A stretch of 10,792 bases of DNA from Candidatus Heimdallarchaeota archaeon (GTDB taxonomy: Archaea > Asgardarchaeota > Heimdallarchaeia > Heimdallarchaeales > Heimdallarchaeaceae), in assembly GCA_030668825.1 (NCBI GenBank), contig DAOVET010000087.1, positions 1 through 10,792 on the forward strand, given 5' to 3'. The notes under the pieces are model-generated. The model was not told the DNA's origin. It saw nothing but the letters and a program-made list of their open reading frames with translations, and did no database searches. The position numbers and the translations under genes were made by a program. Each line of letters starts with the position of its first letter. The first letter of the stretch is position 1. Positions 1 through 6,711 of the stretch are shown here, one piece after another.

Positions 1-127
1 ATTCAATATCTTTTTGCAAAAAGTGATTTCTTAAGAAACGGCTTGCTTCGGCTTCTAAAGTATCTTTATTTTGGTGTTTGCATAATAAAGCAACGGGGGC
101 TACCTTATTAGATAGTCGTTCATCCAA
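1..127 (-). CDS. Possible 5' part of a hypothetical protein running off the window edge
   Basis: Open frame from TTG at 127-125 to the edge (MDERLSNKVAPVALLCKHQNKDTLEAEASRFLRNHFLQKDIE...), preceded by an AAGGT SD-like motif. No family motif recognised. A + strand frame (1-111) is also open, so this is ambiguous. Confidence 0.4.
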   Translation of the reverse strand, partial: MDERLSNKVAPVALLCKHQNKDTLEAEASRFLRNHFLQKDIE

Positions 128-165
128 GAAGATACCTTATCAGAAGGAAAACTGATTCTGTCCCA

Positions 166-181
166 TAAAAAGAAAAAAGAA
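166..181 (-). terminator. Oligo-T terminator-like tract downstream of the 200-610 gene
   Basis: Minus strand reads TTCTTTTTTCTTTTTA about 20 nt after the TAG stop, typical of archaeal intrinsic terminators. Confidence 0.45.
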
Positions 182-199
182 GGGTTGTGTTTCTGATTA

Positions 200-610
200 C
201 TATTCAAATTTATCGTATTTGAAAAAGAATTCTAGAAACATAGAACCTTGAATCAAGTCAGGTACTAAAATTAGAACCATTGCCCAGCTACAGCCGCTAA
301 TAGTAGTTGTAAGGTCTAGTATAAAGTATATTACAGCTGTTAGAAAGAATAGGATTTTAAATAATCCACCAACTAATGCTGTATTTCGTGCTTTTGGGAG
401 ATCCTTCATTGCTAAGAAGTAAGCTAATGCATATCCATAAACTAGAAGTATCATTAGATGTAGGAAGATCAAGCTTGGAGGATTCTCAATACCAAAGGCA
501 GGTAGAAAACCTGCAACGAAAATAGGTAACAAACCAAATAGTAATCCTGCTCCAAGGTTATAGAGAACTCCTGAAAGGAACATATACTTGTAGTATTTCT
601 CTTTGTCCAT
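200..610 (-). CDS. Small integral membrane protein (about 4 TM helices), function unknown
   Basis: 136 aa with four hydrophobic segments (MFLSGVLYNLGAGLLFGLL; LIFLHLMILLVYGYALAYFL; ALVGGLFKILFFLTAVIYFIL; WAMVLILVPDLIQGSMFL). Tandem TAG-TAA stops and an upstream BRE/TATA. Confidence 0.85.
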   Translation of the reverse strand: MDKEKYYKYMFLSGVLYNLGAGLLFGLLPIFVAGFLPAFGIENPPSLIFLHLMILLVYGYALAYFLAMKDLPKARNTALVGGLFKILFFLTAVIYFILDLTTTISGCSWAMVLILVPDLIQGSMFLEFFFKYDKFE

Positions 611-669
611 TTTTGTTTCAAATCCTGTGCTTATATGTTAAACACAAAAAATACGTAGAGAGTTGAAAA

Positions 670-683
670 ATTTAAAGTTTTCG
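670..683 (-). promoter_or_regulatory. Archaeal BRE + TATA box for the membrane protein gene
   Basis: Minus strand CGAAAAC-TTTAAAT: purine-rich BRE directly followed by a TTTAAA box, 60 nt upstream of the ATG at 610. Confidence 0.55.
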
Positions 684-759
684 TGTTGCAGGAGAAATAT
701 ACATTACAAAGGAATTTTTCGCTCTTTTTTTAAAATATGAATCCTAAAAATTATTGGGG

Positions 760-780
760 GGTTATGATTATTTCATAACC
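760..780 (-). terminator. Hairpin immediately after the helicase stop codon
   Basis: Perfect 8-bp inverted repeat GGTTATGA (760-767) / TCATAACC (773-780) with a 5-nt loop, 6 nt past the TAA at 787. On the minus strand it is followed by CCCCAATAATTTTT. Confidence 0.5.
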
Positions 781-786
781 TTAAAT

Positions 787-2019
787 TTAATCACTTGCTG
801 GTATGGCAATTTGGCTCTTCTTTCTGTTTTCGTTAAAGCTTGTGAAGTGATTGGATTTGGATTGTTTTTTACTATTAGTTCTATTTTCGAAATAAAGCCT
901 CTCTATTGGTTTCTTCATGAAACCTTCTATTTCGCGAAGTATTTTCATTTGATCATTAGAAGCAAGCGAAATTGCCTTTCCTTCATTTTCCATTCTGGAA
1001 GTTCTTCCAATTCTATGGACATATATTTCTGGTCCTTCCCTTGGTAAATCAAAATTGAAAATATGTGTTACATGTGGAATATCTAGTCCTCTTGCGGCAA
1101 CATTTGTGGCTATCAAACAATCAATTTTCTTTTCTCTGAAACTTCTCAAAACATACTCTCTTTGGCCTTGTGTTTTATCCCCATGCAAGGTGTTGAATCT
1201 TAAGTGCAGACCTCTTTCTTGGGATAGGCGTTTTTTTAATTTATCTGCCCATCTCCTTGTATTAACAAAGATAATAGAAGACTTGGGGCGTTCTTTTCTG
1301 AGTATAGAGACAAAAGTAGAATATCGTTTCTCAGGTTTGATTCTGTAATAATACTGTTTACAGTTCTCTACAGTAAGATCATCTTTGCTCACATTTATCT
1401 CAACCAAACTTTCACCATTGCTAAACTGATGAGCTATCTTTCTAATCTGTTTAAGCATTGTTGCTGAAAAGAGTAATAAACGAGGATAGACACCTCTCAT
1501 TGCATCAAACAGAATGTACTGTATATCAGGGAGGAAACCCATATCGAGCATGCGATCCGACTCGTCAAGTACAACAAATTTTACATCTCTAAAAGAAATA
1601 GCTCTTCTTCTATAAAGATCCATAAGTCTTCCAGGTGTAGCTATAACAATCTGAGCTCCAGATTTAATTTCTCTTCTTTGTCGGTCGATAGAAACTCCAC
1701 CATAAACTTCAACAGTTTTTAATTTTCTATATTTATTCAATTTAGTAAAGACACTGTAAACTTGTTTACATAGTTCTCTAGTAGGTACTAATACGACAGC
1801 CTGAACTGATTTACGTTTAGGGCTTATCTGATTTGTAATAGGAATGGCGAAAGCTAATGTTTTTCCTGTTCCAGTTTTAGCTTGGCCAAGGATATGTGTT
1901 TTACCCCCATCAAGGAGTCTAGGAATCGCTTTACGCTGTATTTCAGTTGGAATATGAATCCCCATATCGTCTAAAGCGCGTTTTATTTGAATATTTAAAT
2001 CGTATTCTTGAAATTTCAT
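787..2019 (-). CDS. DEAD-box ATP-dependent RNA helicase (DeaD/CshA/RhlE-like, short C-terminus)
   Basis: Q motif (PTEIQRKAIP), I (AKTGTGKT), Ia (PTRELCKQ), GG, Ib (TPGRL), II (DESD), III (SAT), IV (IIFVNT), QxxR (HGDKTQGQRE), V (ATNVAARGLD), VI (HRIGRTSR). The ATG at 2019 (MKFQEYDL) is preferred over the GTG at 2028. Confidence 0.96.
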   Translation of the reverse strand: MKFQEYDLNIQIKRALDDMGIHIPTEIQRKAIPRLLDGGKTHILGQAKTGTGKTLAFAIPITNQISPKRKSVQAVVLVPTRELCKQVYSVFTKLNKYRKLKTVEVYGGVSIDRQRREIKSGAQIVIATPGRLMDLYRRRAISFRDVKFVVLDESDRMLDMGFLPDIQYILFDAMRGVYPRLLLFSATMLKQIRKIAHQFSNGESLVEINVSKDDLTVENCKQYYYRIKPEKRYSTFVSILRKERPKSSIIFVNTRRWADKLKKRLSQERGLHLRFNTLHGDKTQGQREYVLRSFREKKIDCLIATNVAARGLDIPHVTHIFNFDLPREGPEIYVHRIGRTSRMENEGKAISLASNDQMKILREIEGFMKKPIERLYFENRTNSKKQSKSNHFTSFNENRKKSQIAIPASD

Positions 2020-2167
2020 TGATACCACTTTTTTGGTCTAACCTAAAATCAAGTATCAATTCTTTGAGGTATGATTCTAAGCAATTATTTTGGACGTTGA
2101 AAAAAACTTAAACAAATAATCACTTATTTCTAATCTTCCTCAACTACAAGAGTTTTTATTGACAGTG

Positions 2168-2182
2168 TTTTAAAAGACTTCG
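2168..2182 (-). promoter_or_regulatory. Candidate BRE/TATA promoter for the helicase
   Basis: Minus strand CGAAGTC-TTTTAAAA about 150 nt upstream of the start. An alternative TTTAAG box lies at 2107-2112. Confidence 0.35.
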
Positions 2183-2219
2183 ATTGAACAGATTCCAGGG
2201 GGGTTCTTCTTTTTCTATG

Positions 2220-3674
2220 TTATTCAGATTGAATTAAATTTTCCAACACATACTCAAGAGCAGTATCTTTTCCCTTACAAATATCATCAATTGAAGCTAT
2301 TATCTCATAATCAGGTTTAATACCTCTATGATTGTCTTCTTGGGAAACTGGCATAATAAATCTAAACAAGGGTATACGGAGTACAAGTTTAGAATTAGGT
2401 AGACTCACATTTACCATTAAATCAGAATTATTACCTATGTAAGCGCCTCTAGTCTCCTCTCCAACAAATTTCACTCTCTGAAATCGATGACATGTTGTTA
2501 AAAATTCACAAGCAGCAGAAAAGCTTCCTCCATCAATCAAAGCAAATACATCACCTGTGAAAGCATTCTTTTTTTTCTTGTGAATTTTGTATAAAGGTGG
2601 TATGAAGAAGGGATTATGAATTTTATAACCATTGTCTATTTTTTCTTTCCGTACTAAGCCTAAAATCACTTTATACTTATTATTGTTTGTTGTTTTGAAA
2701 AAGTCATACCTTTTTTTCTTTAAACTTACAATATCAAAATATTGAAAATCACATGTGGTTAAATAACTATACAAGATTGCACCATAATTTTCTCTTCCTC
2801 CAGAGTTCCCTCTCAAATCAATAATCAGTTTTTCTATCTTTTCCTCTTCTATCCTTCTAAAAGCTTTTTTTAGAAAACGTGCAAATTTGTCTTCTTTTGC
2901 ATATCTTTTTATTCCTGTAAATTTCGCCATTGTTTTACCGCTATTGAATGTTTTAATCGTTAAAACAGCAACGTTCAAATCAGAATTAAATGTAAGACTG
3001 TACAAAGAATCACTGAAATCTTCAGGAAATCTCTTTTCATGAATTTCTTTAACTTTCTTTACTGTTATTGCTTCAAGTTTTACTTCTTTTGTTTTTTGAG
3101 ACCCAAAAATCCTGTATTCTATATTAAAAACACTCTTAACTCCATATATCAATGGAAATAATCTACTAAAATTCTTCTCTAATAATCTATATTTCCTTTC
3201 AGTTCCAAACCCATCGATGAATACAAATGACAAAAGATTTTCTATTATCTCATTTACAGATATACCATTTATTTTCAAAATCTCTGTGCTAACTGCAATA
3301 GATTCATCTTCAGAGAAATCTCTGTATACATAAAATCTTTCATTGATCAAACTAGGTTTTATAGGAAAAATACCAACCTCATTCAGTATGTGATTTCCTA
3401 ATTTAGTATCAAAGTTAACTGTAGTATGACCATCAGCTATGTAATCAATAAATTCAGCAATCAACTTATAAAAATCTAGAAGGGTAGTAGGAGAATCTAA
3501 TTTAATTGAAAGTTCATCAAATCTTACATCGACTTCTGTTTTTTTTCTATGTACATATAATCCAGCATGACCTTCTTCAAAAACACTACGTAACAAGGAG
3601 AAATCTTCTTTTAGCTGATTTGAAGATAATGAGACCTCTAGATCTTGAATTGCTTCTTTTTCTGTCTTTTTCAT
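2220..3674 (-). CDS. S41 family (tail-specific/C-terminal processing-like) serine peptidase
   Basis: 484 aa. N-terminal DF..L...F...H.G.Y and DGHT motifs, PDZ-like EILKING, LIIDLRGNSGG, catalytic-serine region GGSFSAACEF, VGEETRG and C-terminal GIKPD. Confidence 0.93.
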   Translation of the reverse strand: MKKTEKEAIQDLEVSLSSNQLKEDFSLLRSVFEEGHAGLYVHRKKTEVDVRFDELSIKLDSPTTLLDFYKLIAEFIDYIADGHTTVNFDTKLGNHILNEVGIFPIKPSLINERFYVYRDFSEDESIAVSTEILKINGISVNEIIENLLSFVFIDGFGTERKYRLLEKNFSRLFPLIYGVKSVFNIEYRIFGSQKTKEVKLEAITVKKVKEIHEKRFPEDFSDSLYSLTFNSDLNVAVLTIKTFNSGKTMAKFTGIKRYAKEDKFARFLKKAFRRIEEEKIEKLIIDLRGNSGGRENYGAILYSYLTTCDFQYFDIVSLKKKRYDFFKTTNNNKYKVILGLVRKEKIDNGYKIHNPFFIPPLYKIHKKKKNAFTGDVFALIDGGSFSAACEFLTTCHRFQRVKFVGEETRGAYIGNNSDLMVNVSLPNSKLVLRIPLFRFIMPVSQEDNHRGIKPDYEIIASIDDICKGKDTALEYVLENLIQSE

Positions 3675-3695
3675 CAGATACTGAGATGTTGAAAT

Positions 3696-3704
3696 ATTTA
3701 TAAT
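3696..3704 (-). promoter_or_regulatory. TATA box for the S41 gene, spacing compatible with a near-leaderless mRNA
   Basis: Minus strand ATTATAAAT ends about 22 nt before the ATG at 3674. No clear SD precedes that ATG. Confidence 0.4.
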
Positions 3705-3827
3705 GATTCCATAAACAAATCAGTTAAAATCTTAAACAAAATGGTTATTCCATTCTACTCAACATTAGAACATTTTTTTGGATAAAATTGATAAAGAAAT
3801 TGACTAATGTGTTGAGAAGGTAAAGAA

Positions 3828-5222
3828 ATGAGTAATGAAGAATTAGACAACTTCAGTAATTCAGTGAATAATGACCAAAGAGTGTCTTCTCGTCAAAGAA
3901 TCTACATTGGTTTCACTAAAACTGGTTCTGATATGTTCAGTGTTTTCTTTGTTGGAGCCTTGTTTGGTTTTTATGTTGATATTTTACATATGAATCCTCA
4001 AAGTTATGGGGTTGTATTGATTATTTTTGCTGTTTGGAATGCAGTAAATGACCCTATATTTGGCTACATGTCAGATAAAAAAAGACTGGATAAAAGAGGA
4101 AAGAGAACGTTTTTCATCCGTTTATCTACTCCAATCTACTTTATTGGCTATACCATGTTCTGGTTAGCATTTCCTTCATGGTCACAAACCTGGCTTTTTA
4201 TTTTCCTTCTTATTTCTTTATTTATTTTTGATACCGGGTTAACTATCGCGGGTTTGAATATAAGTGCGCTTCAAATCGATCAAACAACAAGCACTAATGA
4301 ACGAACTAGAATAATGCTAATCTCTATGCTTGTTAGCTTGTTACCTGTAGGAATAGCTTCACTTGCACCTAATCTTATACTAACTTCTACTACTCTTAGT
4401 AATATCGATATGTCATTGATATTTATTGCAGGAGGTATAGTTGCAGCCATCTTCATGGGTTTTGGGGCATACAAACTAAAAGAACATTCACTTGAAAAAG
4501 AAGGTACAAAACCGTTACCTATATTTGCAGCAATTAAAGAAACCTTGAAATCAAAATCATTTATTTTCTTCGTCATTTTTTCTTTTATGATGAATGCCGT
4601 TACACTGAATTTAGTTGCTATTATACCTCTCTACTTCAAATATGTATTTATGTTAAATGGAATTGAAGTGCTAATTGTTAGCGTAGTAACGGGCGTAGTT
4701 TATATTCCTTTATTATTTGTTTACGAGAAATTACAGAAGAGATATGGACTAAGAAATAGCTTCTTCATAGCTATAATCCTAATGATAATAGGATGTTTAG
4801 GCTTATTTTTCTCTAAATCTATCGTCCTCATGGCTTTCTCATATGGACTATGTTTATGGATGGCAGCACTTTGGTGGCTTCTAGTAAATCCTATGGTTGG
4901 TGACATCGCAGATGAAGATGAACTTAAAACCAATAATAGAAGAGAGGGAATGTTTTTTGGAACCAATGCACTGATCACAAAACCAGCTTCATCGCTCATA
5001 ATATTCGTTTTTACTGCAATAATCGATTTTTATGGATATGATTCCCATTTAGATATACAATCTTCTGAAGCTCTCTTTGGAATCCGTTTAGGGATAGGTA
5101 TTCTTCCTCTTGCATTTTTAGTACTTGCTTTCATAGCTTTGTATTTCTACCCATTGCATGGGAGGAAATTAAAACAGGTTAAAATGAATTTAAACAATCT
5201 TCATAGTAAAAGGAAGGTATAG
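3828..5222 (+). CDS. MFS transporter, glycoside-pentoside-hexuronide (GPH, MelB-like) family
   Basis: 464 aa, about 12 hydrophobic segments. GPH signatures WNAVNDPIFGYMSDK..R.GKR..F, TNERT, DIADEDELKTNNRREGMFFG and C-terminal YPL. Confidence 0.93.
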   Translation: MSNEELDNFSNSVNNDQRVSSRQRIYIGFTKTGSDMFSVFFVGALFGFYVDILHMNPQSYGVVLIIFAVWNAVNDPIFGYMSDKKRLDKRGKRTFFIRLSTPIYFIGYTMFWLAFPSWSQTWLFIFLLISLFIFDTGLTIAGLNISALQIDQTTSTNERTRIMLISMLVSLLPVGIASLAPNLILTSTTLSNIDMSLIFIAGGIVAAIFMGFGAYKLKEHSLEKEGTKPLPIFAAIKETLKSKSFIFFVIFSFMMNAVTLNLVAIIPLYFKYVFMLNGIEVLIVSVVTGVVYIPLLFVYEKLQKRYGLRNSFFIAIILMIIGCLGLFFSKSIVLMAFSYGLCLWMAALWWLLVNPMVGDIADEDELKTNNRREGMFFGTNALITKPASSLIIFVFTAIIDFYGYDSHLDIQSSEALFGIRLGIGILPLAFLVLAFIALYFYPLHGRKLKQVKMNLNNLHSKRKV

Positions 5223-5236
5223 ATCTAATTGCTGCT

Positions 5237-5575
5237 TTATTTTTCTGGATTTAATTTTCTCTCTTTCAAAATTTCTAAAGAAGTCTCTGAAAGAAAGAAA
5301 TCTTCAAGTTTCATCCAAGAAGTCTTAACAAGAATAGGAAAATCATAAGAAGAAAGAGAAGAACATTTGTGATCATAATCTAAGAAACCCTCTGGATGGC
5401 TTATTTTCCCACAAAGAAGACATATTCGCCATCTTGCTGATCTCATGAAAAGCTTTTGATAAGTTTTTGAGTAGAGTAGAACACCCTCTTCGAAAGGAAT
5501 CTTTGACAAAAAAGTGCAGTATTTATCAGCAAGAATTCTTATTTTTTCCTTTTTTCTGTCAGTAATGTCTGGCAT
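5237..5575 (-). CDS. Hypothetical putative zinc-binding protein, paralog A (C-x2-C-x13-H-x-C)
   Basis: 112 aa from the ATG at 5575 (MPDITD...). About 50% identical to 6712-7152 over the aligned blocks, which supports both coding status and this start rather than 5632. Confidence 0.82.
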   Translation of the reverse strand: MPDITDRKKEKIRILADKYCTFLSKIPFEEGVLLYSKTYQKLFMRSARWRICLLCGKISHPEGFLDYDHKCSSLSSYDFPILVKTSWMKLEDFFLSETSLEILKERKLNPEK

Positions 5576-5608
5576 ACTAAATCTCTCATCATAGAAATTT
5601 GTAAGGTG

Positions 5609-5626
5609 AAAAAAAATGAAAGAAGA
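5609..5626 (-). terminator. Oligo-T terminator after the DUF4242-like gene
   Basis: Minus strand TCTTCTTTCATTTTTTTT (T8 run) 20-37 nt after the TAG at 5646. Confidence 0.45.
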
Positions 5627-5645
5627 TCCCATATAGTTCTATCTT

Positions 5646-5924
5646 CTATTGTCGGAAATCTTCAGCTTGAAAAATTCCTAAGGGATAAATACCTTCAGTA
5701 GGTAAATCAGGGATCTTATTTAAGATAGCTTTGATGGCATCAACATTTTTTGCATCCCATTGACAGAGGATTTTTTTAATGTGTCCTTCTTCGTTAAGAA
5801 TTGCCCAACTTTGAACCCAGTAAGCATCAGCATTGCAGTGAGCTTTAACTCCTTGACCTATAGGAGTTGCAGCCTCTACAGGAGCTGGTTCTGGGAAAGG
5901 GTGTATTGCTAGAAATTTTGGCAT
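5646..5924 (-). CDS. DUF4242-like (SCO4226-type) small alpha/beta protein
   Basis: 92 aa with the family pattern MPKFLAIH...W..SW...G...KILC.WDA.N.DAI...P.E.I. Strong SD TAAGGAGGTT upstream. Confidence 0.78.
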   Translation of the reverse strand: MPKFLAIHPFPEPAPVEAATPIGQGVKAHCNADAYWVQSWAILNEEGHIKKILCQWDAKNVDAIKAILNKIPDLPTEGIYPLGIFQAEDFRQ

Positions 5925-5941
5925 TTCATTTAACCTCCTTA

Positions 5942-6565
5942 TTAAATTATATCGAAATATATGTAGCTATAGTCGTAAATAAACGGACCAATACCAGGAA
6001 TATCGATGTAGAAGATTGTTTCAAGATTATATGTTCCTGAATCTAGTTCGCAAGGTTTGTAGAGTATTCCTTCACTAAACCACCATAATATTTCATCCCC
6101 CCATGGGATAACTTCGTAGAACTGTCCTCTCTTAAGAGGGGTTGTAGTAATATCGAGTTCTTCTCCATTAAGGTAGTAACTGGCATGGAACCAAGACATG
6201 AAATATTTGCATCCTTCATTGAGTTTATCATATGTAAAACCAAAGTAACTTGCCCAGAAGTTTAAATCCAGTTCAGATATTAAGTAACTTGACCAAATTC
6301 CTTTGGCATCTTCATAACGTAAAACTTGATTAGGTTCCCAAGGAATGATTCTTCCATCCAAGCCTCCTAAAACTGCTGGTAAGTGTGTAGCGACAAGTTC
6401 ATTTTCTCCTTGCAGTGTAATAGCTTTGCCTCCATTGAAGGATGCGTTAAAACTAGCTTGTATATCTCCATAAGTTATATAATCATGAGCAGTAGCTAGG
6501 GAAAGAGATGTAAAGCAGAGAATGCTAAATGCGCCAAGTAAGATTATTGCGTTTTTCCTTTTCAT
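5942..6565 (-). CDS. Secreted/exported hypothetical protein
   Basis: 207 aa. Sec-type signal peptide (MKRK, hydrophobic core, A-T-A cleavage motif), aromatic/acidic mature region, GGAGG SD at 6573-6577. Only 17 nt separate it from the next gene. Confidence 0.82.
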   Translation of the reverse strand: MKRKNAIILLGAFSILCFTSLSLATAHDYITYGDIQASFNASFNGGKAITLQGENELVATHLPAVLGGLDGRIIPWEPNQVLRYEDAKGIWSSYLISELDLNFWASYFGFTYDKLNEGCKYFMSWFHASYYLNGEELDITTTPLKRGQFYEVIPWGDEILWWFSEGILYKPCELDSGTYNLETIFYIDIPGIGPFIYDYSYIYFDII

Positions 6566-6584
6566 TTTTTAACCTCCAAATGAA

Positions 6585-6655
6585 TATGTAACAAAAGCCA
6601 TCACATGTATGTGTCTTGTTTTGTTACATACATATGTATCTAAAACAGACACATA
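6585..6655. repeat. Cluster of interleaved inverted repeats and a palindrome
   Basis: Perfect 12-bp IR TATGTAACAAAA (6585-6596) / TTTTGTTACATA (6619-6630). 14-bp IR with one bulge TATGTGTCT(T)GTTTT (6608-6622) / AAAACAGACACATA (6642-6655). Perfect palindrome ATACATATGTAT (6628-6639). Confidence 0.85.
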
Positions 6656-6667
6656 TAAAAAGTTTTC
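6653..6667 (-). promoter_or_regulatory. BRE + TATA box for the secreted protein/DUF4242 cassette
   Basis: Minus strand GAAAAC-TTTTTATAT, the same GAAAACTTT core as the 670-683 promoter. Standard archaeal spacing puts the start site near 6630. Confidence 0.6.
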
Positions 6668-6695
6668 TCTAAAAGTGGCGTTCCAGTATGTTATT

Positions 6696-6711
6696 AAAAA
6701 ATAGCGAAAAA
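6696..6711 (-). terminator. Oligo-T tracts after paralog B
   Basis: Minus strand TTTTTCGCTATTTTTT directly after the TAG at 6712. Confidence 0.4.

Noticed and set aside
128-166. Stop-codon readthrough (Sec/Pyl) from ATG 166 into the edge ORF
   Set aside because: The frame has TGA followed immediately by TAA, so readthrough is not plausible.
754-1047. 97-aa + strand ORF
   Set aside because: Antisense shadow of the helicase 3' end, with a non-ATG start and no motif.
1055-1348. 97-aa + strand ORF
   Set aside because: Lies wholly antisense within the conserved helicase domain.
3506-3703. 65-aa + strand ORF
   Set aside because: Antisense to the S41 5' end, with no SD or motif.
4280-4999. Two minus-strand ORFs (4280-4576, 4721-4999)
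   Set aside because: Antisense shadows of the MFS transporter.
5576-5632. N-terminal extension of paralog A in the ORF track
   Set aside because: It crosses a T-rich terminator-like tract, and strong homology with paralog B starts at PDITD.
6043-6243. 66-aa alternative-frame ORF
   Set aside because: Nested in the better-supported secreted protein gene, with no independent evidence.
6585-6655. CRISPR mini-array or MITE/transposon end
   Set aside because: No regularly spaced direct repeats with unique spacers, no target-site duplication seen, and no cas or transposase gene in the window.
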